Positions 11,088 to 22,218 of a stretch of 64,000 bases of DNA are shown one piece after another (position 1 is the stretch's first letter; each line of letters starts with the position of its first letter). The position numbers were made by a program, and so were the translations under genes. The notes beneath the pieces were generated by a model. The model searched no databases. It saw nothing but the letters and a program-made list of their open reading frames with translations, and was not told where the DNA came from. Source of the stretch: Piedraia hortae CBS 480.64 (lineage: Eukaryota); contig MU005961.1 of NCBI GenBank assembly GCA_010093745.1, positions 310,001-374,000 on the forward strand, in the 5' to 3' direction.

Positions 11088-11923
11088 GAAGGATTAGCGC
11101 GGTGTGGATGTTTATAACACAGATTGTTTACTAGAAATCTTCGTCCAAGTAATTTGAAGGTATTAATCCATTATCTGTCACACGAAACCTTTACCCTCGC
11201 TCGGCGAAACCTTCTGCAGGAACGGTGGAACCCAATGAATGAACTTCCGCAACGGTTCTCTGTTATCTTACATGTAAGATCACTCGCCAGGCGGTCTTGA
11301 TCAAAGCCAGAAAAATGAAACTTCAAAAAAACGGAGGTTTGACACAAAGCCTCGTTGTCATGAGCACGTGAGCATATAACGTTGAAGTCTTATCGTTCAT
11401 GAAGAGTTCTTCCGAAAACTCCTCTGACACTTCAATGCTGTGATAATACGAGGGTCCTCGGCGGGTGACTCTACCTAGTTCCTGGCCGGGTTAAGCCCCT
11501 GTCGGTAGGTCCCTAATCACCGTGGATAGTTAGTACTCGTATCTTGACACAGCGTTCCACGTCTCACTACCTCACTCTTAGTCCACACACGCACAAATTC
11601 TATACGCCAATAAGCGGTGGTCGACCGTTCGATCGATGGTGGACTACCAATGGCTAATCTTTGTTCTGGAACAATGCCTCTTTGTCCACACCACAAAAGT
11701 TCCTTAACCTCACAGTGCGCCATGATGGCTAGCCTCCCTTTGAGGCTCCCATTGTCCTTGTCTGCATAACAATACAATTGTGGCTTTGTTCAGCCTGAAG
11801 CATATAATCTCTACCCGCGACCAGTGCCTTTTCCCGGAAAACATTATCCGCATATTCGCAAGGTTTGACACCAGCGTTCAATCATTAACATCACATTCAA
11901 CAAACAACCTTGGTGTATCCACC

Positions 11924-12624
11924 ATGCCCCCAACGACACTCATGGTCAACAAACATACCAAACTAAAAAAGAACCAGGCCTTCGCACCAAGCCCCCTTCG
12001 CTTCTCACTTCCCGCTTCCCCGCGAACACCTACCAGCAAAAATCTTCCAGAAACCGACAAAATTGCCCAGTATCTAACCCAAACTGACATCCCCCTCCCC
12101 GAGTTTAAGCCCCTCAGGACGGCTCTGCAACTCCCACCCCCAACCGCCTCTAACATCGCCAAACCTTCGATCGACGAAGAACCGTCGAAACAATTGTTTC
12201 TAGAAGTCCTTATCCCCTTCAATCTTATCCCAGGCCCCGCTAACGCAACTCTAAAAGGCCACATAATGTATCGCGGCCAGCTCGAAGGCGAGAATTTCAT
12301 CCTTGCGGTCTCCATCAACACGACCGAAGAAACAATCACAACTTCAGCGAGGATAGTCAAAGGGGAAGAGGTAGCTGGCTATATCCCCTTACCACAGTCT
12401 CGTTGGGCGATAAGTCTGATGAGGAAGGGAAGATTCACTTGGGGAATAAGCCCTACGCGCGGGCGGTTAGGGGTTTTTTTCCTGAGGGGGATTTGTATCA
12501 GCTTTGTTTTCGCGAGGACGAGATTCTGGAGGTTTTGGATGGTAGTGGTTCATGGTGGGTGATGAGGGATGGAAGGGGGGTTTGTGGGGTTGCGCCGAGG
12601 GGGTGTTTTGAGGATCTTGGGTAG
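11924..12624 (+). CDS. Pro-rich protein with a C-terminal Sho1-like SH3 domain; split across two frames (unresolved intron or frameshift)
   Basis: The ATG 11924 frame is Pro-rich. A second frame open 12244-12624 ends PYARAVRGFFPEGDLYQLCFREDEILEVLDGSGSWWVMRDGRGVCGVAPRGCF (SH3). A GCTAAC..AAG branch/acceptor lies at 12239-12257. Confidence 0.6.
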
Positions 12625-13203
12625 GGGTGTGGCGAGGAGGTGGTGGAATCGCCGCTGGGGTTTGATCGGGTGGGGTATTCTTGGGTTGTGGAGGGGGAGG
12701 ATAATGATTTCTCTTAGACGATAACCATTGGTGGGTTATTCGAGATGAGTGTGGGCGAGCAGATATCTCGAGGTGTTGGGTACACCTCAGGTATAGATAC
12801 CCTCTTGACTTGTTACCTGAAACCAATACGTTTGTTTGTATTGTTGCTGTTCTCCCCTCTTTGCCCCCCTTAACCACTCCAGTCAAGATTATCAATCATT
12901 CACTCCGGAATGTGGGGCAGTCTTGGCACACGAATTCAACCTTCACTTCCCTTCCCGGTTATAGAATCACACACTCTGCTGACGAATTCACCTTTCTCAC
13001 AAACGATAGGAAAATGATCCCCTGACGCCACCAGCAAGAATTGTGTCCACTACAATAAGGATCCACTGTGTTCAATTCTCCACAGGTGCATGGAGAGGAG
13101 GCCAAATCGGGGGTGCTAACAGTCTTTGACTGTATCCAAGTTTAGTTGTATCTCTATTGAAAAAGCTTCCCTAGACGAACTTCTAGGTCTAGTTCTTTCC
13201 CGG

Positions 13204-14313
13204 CTATTTCGAAGATCCCCAAAGCTGCACAATAGCCTCCACGCACCCACTGGCACTAACAATAGGGACATCATGCCCCCCATCAAGTCTTAAGATGGAG
13301 ACGTTCTCCGCCCCAAAGGCCGCAATCGCATCTTCCTCAATCTCATCCGCAATGATAATATCATCATCACGGCCCAAAAGCACCAACACCTTGTTGACAA
13401 GCTTACCTTCAGCCCTCTGCGCAGAAAGCCGTTGACCAAACAGATGCCAGCGAGCATTCTCGCCCGTCACGGGGGCGTTCTGAATAGAGGAGGTGAACGA
13501 GGACAAGAAACCAGGGTGGGATTCTACCTGCCAGGCCACGGCCTTAGCGGGGGACATGTTCGGCTTGTCTCCATACAGAGCCAGAGAGTCTGACGAGAGG
13601 GCTGGATGGCCCGGGTCAATTTCCTCTTCCGCTTGCGAGGCTAGCAGTCGCCTACGAACAATAGCCTTGGTTACGACGCCGGGGAAGAGCGGATTGTGGA
13701 CTATTCTGCTCGTAAGGCTGATACGGTGTGGGCGTAGTAGCCCCGCCGGGGCGATCAGGACCAGATTTTCCACCATGTTGGGGAAGTACGACGTGAATGA
13801 AGCTGCTATTCCGCCGCCTAGGGAGTAGCCGATTAGGGTGAAGTTTTTCCACGAGAGTTCAGACGAGGATAAGACGAGCAGGATTTGGGAAGTGAAGAGC
13901 TGGATGTCTTGCGGGTAGGCTGAAGGGTCGGGCGCGTCTGAGTACCCCCTTCCAAAGAGATCAAAGAGCATTACTCGACAGCCCTTTTCGGCAAGGGATT
14001 GCGCCACTTTAGTGAAGACTGGGCAAGGTGTACTGATCCCATGGACAAAGAGCACTTTGTGTCCTGTTACAGGGCCCCACTCATAAACTCGTACGCTTCC
14101 ATAAGGCGTGTTCATGTCTCGCCCTCCCGGTAGCATGTCCGGTGGATAGGGTAGAGCTGCTTGTTCCCCTCGGCTGAGCTGCAGCACGGATTCTCGTGGC
14201 GAGTCCCGGACCTTTCTTCTACCTGTTTTGATTAGAGATGGGATCGTTGCAGCGGCTGTGAACGATGCAAGCAGAGCTATCAGGAAGGTGGATCCAATAT
14301 GTTGCAGTTTCAT
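13204..14313 (-). CDS. Alpha/beta hydrolase with an N-terminal hydrophobic anchor
   Basis: VLFVHGISTP, FDLFGRGYSD, GYSLGG nucleophile elbow, GRDDDII and GGHD. Confidence 0.9.
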   Translation of the reverse strand: MKLQHIGSTFLIALLASFTAAATIPSLIKTGRRKVRDSPRESVLQLSRGEQAALPYPPDMLPGGRDMNTPYGSVRVYEWGPVTGHKVLFVHGISTPCPVFTKVAQSLAEKGCRVMLFDLFGRGYSDAPDPSAYPQDIQLFTSQILLVLSSSELSWKNFTLIGYSLGGGIAASFTSYFPNMVENLVLIAPAGLLRPHRISLTSRIVHNPLFPGVVTKAIVRRRLLASQAEEEIDPGHPALSSDSLALYGDKPNMSPAKAVAWQVESHPGFLSSFTSSIQNAPVTGENARWHLFGQRLSAQRAEGKLVNKVLVLLGRDDDIIIADEIEEDAIAAFGAENVSILRLDGGHDVPIVSASGCVEAIVQLWGSSK

Positions 14314-15028
14314 GTTTGCGGTTGTGTGCACGCGATCCTATGCGTGAAGACCTGACGTGATCGAACAGACGTCAAGCACAACATGAAAGGGGATGCTTTA
14401 CGATCATGCTTGTCAGAATAAACACGATGCCTAGATGCAGCGATAGAAGTTAACGTACATACCCAACTTGGATAGCCGCGTACGTTGAGCCCAGCGCCAA
14501 GGAACGTTTGCTACACCACTTTCACAACAGCAAACTTTTGTGAGCCACCCCACCAGAGGTTGAATGATCTCTAATGCAGCCGCAAGCAATGATTTCCTCA
14601 CAAGTTCCTGTCATACGGGCTGATATCATACGTTATTCTGCACGGTCCCTCCCTTACTTTTGGTCGAGGCAGAACAAGAAGTAGGTGGTTAGGCAAATTT
14701 TATCATCGGCAATCCGAATGACTTGGTGGACGGTCAGGACCCCTCAAATCGGTAATTTTCTCAAGTGCATCCAAGTTTACGTCATACAAATCGGACTTGC
14801 AGACTTCAGTGAAATCTCAAACAGGCTCCTCAATTCGCTTCTTGGGAGAATAATCTTAGTACCTATGTAACAGATAAAGAGTGAAACCCAGTTCCTGTTT
14901 GGGCGGGTAGCAGCTCGCAGGTAGTTCCAACCCGTTCACTTTTCTCCAGTCTGGCTACGTCATGGCCGTACAGAACTTTTCAATCGAATCGGACCAGTTC
15001 ACATTTCTGACCCTATCCTCTTTATCAA

Positions 15029-15865
15029 ATGGCTGAATCCAATACTCTTATCTTCTACGATATTGACTCCCTCGTAAAGCCCAAGTCATTTGCCCCCAAC
15101 CCAGCCAAAAGCCGGCTCGCACTCAGTGTCAAGAACGTTCCCTTCAATACCGAATGGGTCGAGCTTGGAGACATCACCGAGACTCGCAAGAAACTAAAGT
15201 GCCCAGCTGTGCGCAAGCGCGCAGATGGCTCTGACTACTATACCTTGCCGATTCTACGCGACCCAGCCTCTGGCAATATCATCGGGGATTCGTACGAGAT
15301 TGCAGTCTGGCTCGAAGACAACTATCCAAACTCTGGCGGGCATCTTTTTCCATCGCATTTCACTGGAGAGGAATATGAAAGTCCAAAGATAGACGAACCA
15401 ATCTATGTGCCTCTAACTCCGCTTGATGGAGCGAAGCATCAAAACTATGCGCACTTCAATATTCAGGTCGATACTACTTTTTCAGCCTTCGTGGGATTAG
15501 TCGCATCTGGTATGCCGCTGAAACGTGAAGTTTATGAAGGATTGCAGGATAGGTTGAAAGATGTTTCCAAGTCGGACGCACCAGTTCAGATGGATATCGG
15601 TGGTGAGAAGCGCAAGCAGCTCATGACGGATTTTAAAGATGGGCTAGAGTCACTGGCGAAGTACTTTCAGAAGATTGATGGCCCGTATCTGAATGGACAG
15701 CAGGCTACATATGCGGACATGATTGTTGGCGGATGGCTTATCATGATGTCTGAGTCGATGCCGAAGGTGTCGGCCGACGAATGGGAAGATTTCAAGACGT
15801 GGCACGGCGGTGTCTTTGACCGACTGCTGAACGCGTTGATCAAGGACTGTTACAAATGTATCTAG
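15029..15865 (+). CDS. Glutathione S-transferase-like protein (fungal GST_N_3 / etherase-like class)
   Basis: FAPNPAKSRLAL, YTLPILRD..IGDSYEIAVWLE and GPYLNGQQATYADMIVGGWL. Confidence 0.88.
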   Translation: MAESNTLIFYDIDSLVKPKSFAPNPAKSRLALSVKNVPFNTEWVELGDITETRKKLKCPAVRKRADGSDYYTLPILRDPASGNIIGDSYEIAVWLEDNYPNSGGHLFPSHFTGEEYESPKIDEPIYVPLTPLDGAKHQNYAHFNIQVDTTFSAFVGLVASGMPLKREVYEGLQDRLKDVSKSDAPVQMDIGGEKRKQLMTDFKDGLESLAKYFQKIDGPYLNGQQATYADMIVGGWLIMMSESMPKVSADEWEDFKTWHGGVFDRLLNALIKDCYKCI

Positions 15866-16266
15866 TTTAATGATCATGATAGATGACTACGAATGGACAA
15901 TCGTTTAACTACCAGAATAGTACGACCTGACTTTCCACCACGCCAGGTGATTGTTGAGTTGGAAATTGTTGGCGCTCGTCGGTGGGGTTTCGTCTTTGAT
16001 GGAAAGTTTCACTGTGGTTGATGGAAACATTCCAAGTGTTGGTCTGGTGGGGAACAAAGGACGAGGAAAATTTGGTTTCGATCAACAACGTGATGGGCTT
16101 GGCAGTGAATTGATGCGACTGGAGATTGATGGGGTGATTTCACTGGATGAAATAAATTCAAAGAGCAACAACTGGGTATCGTTACTGAAACTATATTCCA
16201 CTTCCCGCAAGAAAAGACTCCAAACCGCCAGCAAAACACCCACATCCCCCATCACTATGCACATGC

Positions 16267-18042
16267 TCATCCCAAGCCCGGGTGATGTCCAAGCAAGGGC
16301 TTATCAGCCTCGATGCCAGAATCCCCATCTGCATCAAGCACACCAACACCTTTCCACATTCTGAGGACTTCATCCGCCGCATTTCCCACCTCTGCCTCAT
16401 CCTGATCATCCTCGTCTTCCTCCGCTTCATCGTGAGTGTGGCTCTCATCATCTCCAGGATGCAGCACTCTTCCACCCATCTTGACATCTGACACCCTCAC
16501 ACGATATGCGAGAGCCTTTTGACCCTCCTTGATCATCTCCTCGGTCGCATTCATACACCGTCTTATGCTCTGATTGACCATCTGACTTTGCGTCAGCAGC
16601 TCTTTGTGTTTCTGCATGTCGCGCATAAAGCGTTTTTCATCTCTTCTTATGGGATCTGACTCCCGCAGACGGAAGACGCCAGATGAAGAGCGGGATCCGT
16701 CTGGCGCGTCGAGATTATCAACAGACTCGTCTCCGCTAACATTATCGAAACTGGGGTCCATATCTGATGGTCGGCTGGAACAGTCGTCGTCCTCTTCTTC
16801 TATTGACTCTCCCTCCTCCATGACATGCTTCGGCTTGAAGGAGAAAGCGGACGGCATAGAAAGACGTCGCAGACGCTTGAGTTCGGCTTTCTGCTTGCGC
16901 ATCTGACGTTCCAGAGATGCGTTGATGGCGAGGAGGCTGCTGTTGGATATTTCGAGGTCAAGAACTTTGCGTGCATGTCGTGCGTCTGCCGCGATTTCGA
17001 GACTGGACTTTTGTGGGTGTGTGAGCTCGGTAGGGGATGAAACGAGGTCCTGTGGCGGCGGAGGTGGATTGCCGCTGTTGTCTTCCTCGCCTGCACATGC
17101 GGAATCGACGGACAATGTGCTGGGCGACAGGTGAAGAGTCGGGGCTTGAGGAACTTCGTTGCTGTTCCACGAGCTGAGCGTATCCACGCTTACACGGGGC
17201 ACCGGACATGTTCCTATTATTTGCGAGGCGCCTTTACGGTATGACAGGTGGATATTTTCCTTGTTCGGTGACGGTGGTCTGGTGAACAGCTGCCCTGCTG
17301 GCACTGGCAGTATGGGTGAGACATTAGATAAGCTGCTGAATGTCGGCGAGAGCTGAGGAGGACTTCTGGATGCAGTCGATGTGCTGTCCAGCCGGATCCA
17401 CGGCCCAGCAAACCGGTTCTCTGACACAGCGGAGAGCGAGGGGGAGTTGATTTTGGCAAACGAGTTTCTCTGCCTTAGTCCTGGCGGCTCTTCCTCTTTT
17501 CCGTCCGCGTAGACGAAGGCAGGCTTCTTGGGCATTGGAACATCGGGAGAACTTTCGTTTGCGCGAAAGAAGCGGTTGTCAATATTGGCTGTGCGGCTGG
17601 CATCCAAATGTCCCAAAGCAGGTGTTGACCGCGCTGTAGTGTTCGTTCCCACTCCATATTCGCTTCTGGGGCGGGATTTTCCCATTGGTAGCCCGCCACC
17701 CACTCGAAGTCCCTTTGCCTCCCTCTTCTCATCGGCGAAAGACGCTGCCAGTTTCGGTCTAGACTCGCTCGGAAGTTCAGCCTGTAAAGGGGAAGAATGC
17801 ACGCTAGCCGCTCGTCCTCTCTGTGCCAGGAACCGGGGTGTGGAACTATCCTTGGCCGTACTTCTTGGCGTGCCGTCTATTCGTGCCCTAACTTTGGGAG
17901 TGACGTTGTTGGTGGGTGGTCTTGGCGAGGGGTTGCGAGACGTAACACAGGCAGTGGTGGCCAAGCGGGGAGTCAGCGGCGGTCTCCCTCGACTGGAGGC
18001 GACTGTGGGCTTTAGTGACCGATTGTTTGATCGATCAGCCAT
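16267..18042 (-). CDS. Conserved fungal hypothetical protein (disordered N-terminus, C-terminal coiled coils)
   Basis: 591-aa ATG ORF with the recognisable motif ARKVLDLEISNSSLLAINASLERQMRKQ and ALAYRVRVSDVKMGGRVL. Confidence 0.8.
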   Translation of the reverse strand: MADRSNNRSLKPTVASSRGRPPLTPRLATTACVTSRNPSPRPPTNNVTPKVRARIDGTPRSTAKDSSTPRFLAQRGRAASVHSSPLQAELPSESRPKLAASFADEKREAKGLRVGGGLPMGKSRPRSEYGVGTNTTARSTPALGHLDASRTANIDNRFFRANESSPDVPMPKKPAFVYADGKEEEPPGLRQRNSFAKINSPSLSAVSENRFAGPWIRLDSTSTASRSPPQLSPTFSSLSNVSPILPVPAGQLFTRPPSPNKENIHLSYRKGASQIIGTCPVPRVSVDTLSSWNSNEVPQAPTLHLSPSTLSVDSACAGEEDNSGNPPPPPQDLVSSPTELTHPQKSSLEIAADARHARKVLDLEISNSSLLAINASLERQMRKQKAELKRLRRLSMPSAFSFKPKHVMEEGESIEEEDDDCSSRPSDMDPSFDNVSGDESVDNLDAPDGSRSSSGVFRLRESDPIRRDEKRFMRDMQKHKELLTQSQMVNQSIRRCMNATEEMIKEGQKALAYRVRVSDVKMGGRVLHPGDDESHTHDEAEEDEDDQDEAEVGNAADEVLRMWKGVGVLDADGDSGIEADKPLLGHHPGLG

Positions 18043-18779
18043 TGTGTGGTTGTGTCACCAACGACATTTGCTGTGTCTATCCGTATGCGCCTGGTAGATG
18101 AAAGCAAGAGACCAGCCTTTTGAACGCCTAAGCCAGGCGATCCGGCGCATTAGCAGACCAATCCACGCACAGTGCTTCTTTTAACCAACTCTCACAGTCG
18201 GTAGACGTTTAATTTCACACCTTCATCGACGAGGGGCATCTGTAAACAAAACACAGGGAGCCAGGGACCCTGGGGCGGCCCGTCCCACCCTGCATTAGTC
18301 AATGCGCGCCACAACCCAAATCACACAACCGTCACGTTAGGAGTCTTCCCTATAAACAGAGGAAGGGTTACAAGAATGCCTAGATGGGCAATCAGGCTGC
18401 CGAAGCGGCCGTTATGGCGATGGAACCACCGCAAACGACAGACTCGACCCGAATTGTGCGCCACAGTGTGCTATGTCCTCTCCCGATTCAGGAACAGCTT
18501 CCCGACCAAGGGGCTACTATAGAAGATGAGTTGGTTCATTGCAACTGTCGTAAAGGATGCTCACATAGGACCAATCATGCTTATGGTCACCCCTGCTATA
18601 TAGAACAGGTATGTGAGCGCCGCGCGGAGTCTCGCACCTGCAGACCATGGTCACTGAGTTTGCTCGCCAGCTTGAGCAGATGGAGACGAGCTAGGCCCGG
18701 CAATACGAAGCCATGGAGTGACACAAGGAGCAGCTACTGGCGGCTATTGCAGCACAACAGTGGAGCTCCTCTGATAACC

Positions 18780-18885
18780 CTTCCTCCGTTTAATAAACCT
18801 TTGGTGAATGAGAGATTACGTAATCTCTAATGTAATTCACTTCTTAGCTTCTTCCGTTTAAAGAAAATCTTCCTCCGTTTAAAGA
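18780..18885. repeat. Three copies of CTTCYTCCGTTTAA upstream of Pol kappa
   Basis: Copies start at 18780, 18848 and 18869. Confidence 0.8.
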
Positions 18886-18933
18886 GCCCCTCACGTTAGC
18901 GGCACGTGGTTGCCGACTTTCGTCTGGTCCGAC

Positions 18934-20763
18934 ATGCCGCGCCATAATGATGATTTGGCCCTGGAGGCGGAGCGTGCCGTCGCGGATCATCCCGCCGAGC
19001 AGCATGATTCACTAAAGTATCAACTACTTGGCCCATCATTGACCAAAAGTGGCCAAGATGGTGTGGATCAGACGAAAGTGTCGGAAATCATTTACAATGC
19101 CAGCAAGGGTAGCAAGTTTTTCAACAACGAGGAGGCCAGAGACAAGAACTTGACGATTAAAATCGATCAGATTTTGGCCAGAAAGCAAGAGCTACAGCGT
19201 ATCGAGGCTGCTGGCGGCCTGAAGAGTGATTTGAAACGAGCAGATGATTACCTATCGCTGTTGGAATCAGAACGGGACCTTAGCCAGACTATTGTACACA
19301 TCGATTGTGACGCCTTCTACGCAGCCGTAGAGGAATTAGACAATCCAGAATTGAAAGATAAGCCATTCGCGGTTGGAAAAGGTGTATTAACAACTTGCAA
19401 CTACATTGCCAGAAAATATGGATGTCGCAGCGGTATGGCGGGATTCGTAGCGGATAAGTTGTGTCCTGGTCTCATCCATATCCCTCTCAACTTTGACAAA
19501 TACAATGCCAAGGCAAAAGAAGTCAGAGAGGTGCTTGAACGATATGATCCCAGATTTGAGAGTGCAAGCATTGACGAAGCCTACTTGAATCTCACAGAAT
19601 ATTGCAGCACGCACGCCATGCAGCCAGAGGATGCCGTGAAGCAGCTTAGAGATGAAGTGTTCAAACATTGCAAGATTACAGTCTCGGCAGGAATCGCGGC
19701 CAACTCCAAACTAGCCAAAATATGCTCTAATCAGAACAAGCCGAACGGCCAATTCCTCCTTGCGTCTGAGCGAACGGCAATTATGGCCTTCATGAAAGAT
19801 CTGCCCACGCGCAGAGTAAATGGGATTGGTCGGGTGTTTGAAAGAGAGCTGGCCGCTATCGGCATTGCAACCTGCGGGGATATCTACCCACAGCGGCATT
19901 ATCTCAGCAGCTTGTTCGGGGTGAAGGCTTTCCAATTCCTCATGGGTGTGTATATCGGCCTTGGTCGGACGGATGTTAGGCCCGCGGAGGAGCACGAGCG
20001 TAAATCTGTTGGCACAGAGTCTACCTTTCACGACTGCGGAGATCCACATGAACTCCGCAAAAGGCTTAGGTCGACTGCAGAAGAGCTTGAGGCGGACTTG
20101 AAACGAACCGAATTCAAGGGCAAGACTTTGGTGCTCAAAGTGAAACTTCACACGTATGAGGTTCTATCTAGACAAGTCCAGCCCCCAAGGGCTGTGTACA
20201 CGGCCAACGACTTATACCATTTTGCCCTGCCAATGTTGGTCAAATTAGAGAAAGAGATTCCAGGAATGAAGTTACGACTCATGGGACTCAGATGCACTAA
20301 TCTCATCAGCACGAAGAAAAGCGCAGTCGGATTATTCGGGAAAGTTCATGCGCAACAGGCTCGTGGACCAAGGATCGAGGTCGATAAAGATGGCTGGCAA
20401 AAGTGGCCGGATGAGGAATTCGAGAAGGCTGCTCGGCAGGAAAAACAAGATGACATGGACGAGCTCGAGCGACTTTCTCAAGAGTATGCTATTGAAGCAA
20501 CCAAAAGTACATCAAACAAGCTGCCCTCTCATCACACACTTTCTGGGCGCGAGAAAGCTCCACAAAAGGAGCTGTGGAGTTGTCCTGTTTGCAACCTACC
20601 TCAACAGGCTGATGAGACCGTGTTCAACAAACACATTGATGACTGTCTCTCCAAGCAGACAATCAAAGAGCTTGTCAAAACAGAAGCCAACTCGGGCAAA
20701 AGAAATGCGACTGACGGAACTGGGCGTGAGACGAAGAGGCGCAAGCCTTGGTTCACCAGGTAA
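18934..20763 (+). CDS. POLK: DNA polymerase kappa (Y-family, DinB-like)
   Basis: N-clasp IIYNASKGSKFF, HIDCDAFYAAVE, SIDEAYL, ERKSVGTESTF and a C-terminal UBZ finger CPVC..HIDDCL. Confidence 0.96.
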   Translation: MPRHNDDLALEAERAVADHPAEQHDSLKYQLLGPSLTKSGQDGVDQTKVSEIIYNASKGSKFFNNEEARDKNLTIKIDQILARKQELQRIEAAGGLKSDLKRADDYLSLLESERDLSQTIVHIDCDAFYAAVEELDNPELKDKPFAVGKGVLTTCNYIARKYGCRSGMAGFVADKLCPGLIHIPLNFDKYNAKAKEVREVLERYDPRFESASIDEAYLNLTEYCSTHAMQPEDAVKQLRDEVFKHCKITVSAGIAANSKLAKICSNQNKPNGQFLLASERTAIMAFMKDLPTRRVNGIGRVFERELAAIGIATCGDIYPQRHYLSSLFGVKAFQFLMGVYIGLGRTDVRPAEEHERKSVGTESTFHDCGDPHELRKRLRSTAEELEADLKRTEFKGKTLVLKVKLHTYEVLSRQVQPPRAVYTANDLYHFALPMLVKLEKEIPGMKLRLMGLRCTNLISTKKSAVGLFGKVHAQQARGPRIEVDKDGWQKWPDEEFEKAARQEKQDDMDELERLSQEYAIEATKSTSNKLPSHHTLSGREKAPQKELWSCPVCNLPQQADETVFNKHIDDCLSKQTIKELVKTEANSGKRNATDGTGRETKRRKPWFTR

Positions 20764-20779
20764 GGCGCCATTCCAGAAT

Positions 20780-22027
20780 CTATCCGAAAATTCTCAGCAC
20801 CGCTGCAGCAACAGGAGCAAAGGTCAAAATCTTATTGTGCCCGCCATACTCCACAATATCAACCCGCCAATTCGGGCCCACAAAGTCCTCATCTGTATCA
20901 GGAATATATTCTGCAAATGCTGGGCCACGGCTGGCATCCACACATGACTTCCGCCACGCTTTATCATCAGCCCCAAGGATCCTTGCACAGATCATTTCGC
21001 TCTGGCGGAAAGAGATATCCCAATCTCTCCGCGAATGGATCAAGTGGACACCTCCCAACAATTTACTATTGCCCATTGTTTTCATCGCTTTTCTGTTGTT
21101 GATCAGTATACCATAGTACATGGCAAGACGATCCGCGGTACGCCAGCGGTCAACAATTTTTTGGTTCAAGATCTTCGTAACCCAAGGAAAAATAGGGCGA
21201 AGAGGTAGAAGGATTGGCAAGCAGCCGCCAATCCGATAGGTCAACAACAGGAGAGGAAGGTTATAGAACGGTGCAATTAGGACCACACCTGCAAAGGTCG
21301 TTGGTGAGATTCCATCATCGTCTTTCAACTCTGGCTTTGGCTTGGCTTCGGTTGGAACCATTTGGCTCTTGGAATCTGCAAAGTATAAAGCAACGGCACT
21401 GGCGACGCCAGTACCTAGAGAATGGCCCAACAGAATTATCCTCTCCGCCGGAACCCCGGCAACATGGAGAACAAAATTCACAAAGGAAATCCCATCGGCG
21501 ATCAAGCCGCTCTCTGTGGGTGAGCCAGTGGAGTGGCCGAAGCCACGATAATCGAACGCCAGAACATGAGTATTAGCCTGGTTGATGAGGCTGCGGTACA
21601 AGCCTGGTCGGTAAGATTGGGCTACGTGGCCTGCATTGCCGTGAAAGACCACAACAACCCTTTCCGCCCGAGTCAGATACCCGAATGCCTTGGTTCGGAT
21701 AAACTCCTTTTTCTCCAAAAACTTATCCTTCCCTTGAGTTTTCTCTTCTAGTATATCGGGTCCGTGTTTGATATAACTGTTGAGTGGGAGAATGTGCCAT
21801 GCAAAAAGCTTTTCCCCGTCATGCGTTGAAACAATAAAAGGCGTTACTTGCCTGGACAAGAAGCCAAAGCTTTCGCCAGACGCTAAGTTATCACCCAGAA
21901 AGAGTGTGTTGAATTTATGGGCATAGAGGGCGAACCTTTGCAGTTTGTGGATTAAGAGGAGTTTTAAGACCAGAAGATATAGAGCTACCGGGGAGCTGAA
22001 GATAAGAAAGAACGACAAAACTGTCAT
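20780..22027 (-). CDS. ABHD12/Bem46-like membrane-anchored alpha/beta hydrolase
   Basis: N-terminal TM, FHGNAG, FDYRGFGHSTGSPTESGL, GHSLGTG and YGGHN. Confidence 0.9.
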   Translation of the reverse strand: MTVLSFFLIFSSPVALYLLVLKLLLIHKLQRFALYAHKFNTLFLGDNLASGESFGFLSRQVTPFIVSTHDGEKLFAWHILPLNSYIKHGPDILEEKTQGKDKFLEKKEFIRTKAFGYLTRAERVVVVFHGNAGHVAQSYRPGLYRSLINQANTHVLAFDYRGFGHSTGSPTESGLIADGISFVNFVLHVAGVPAERIILLGHSLGTGVASAVALYFADSKSQMVPTEAKPKPELKDDDGISPTTFAGVVLIAPFYNLPLLLLTYRIGGCLPILLPLRPIFPWVTKILNQKIVDRWRTADRLAMYYGILINNRKAMKTMGNSKLLGGVHLIHSRRDWDISFRQSEMICARILGADDKAWRKSCVDASRGPAFAEYIPDTDEDFVGPNWRVDIVEYGGHNKILTFAPVAAAVLRIFG

Positions 22028-22218
22028 TCTGTAGCAAATTTTTGTGGATATTAGGAAGTTATCCCTGTGGCTTTGCTAAGAGTGGATCTACATGAACCAT
22101 CAGAGTCGGAGACTGCGAGTGTGGCTGCAGCTGTCAACGGCCCGAAATGGTTAGACACTAACCCTAATTGGCATATACCTCTGAACATCCACCCTCGATG
22201 TCCTTCATACAATTAACC

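Noticed and set aside
6440..13100. Starship or transposon call for the accessory block
   Set aside because: No DUF3435 captain, transposase, terminal repeats or target-site duplication could be seen.
15951..16364. 137-aa ORF downstream of the GST gene
   Set aside because: Non-ATG start, overlaps the convergent gene's 3' end and has no recognisable motif.
18384..18830. 148-aa ORF in the divergent promoter upstream of POLK
   Set aside because: No domain or coding-like composition; cannot be supported.
22158..22167. CTAACCCTAA as a telomerase RNA template
   Set aside because: It lies in a spacer of about 190 bp, too small for the long Pezizomycotina telomerase RNA; a promoter motif is more likely.
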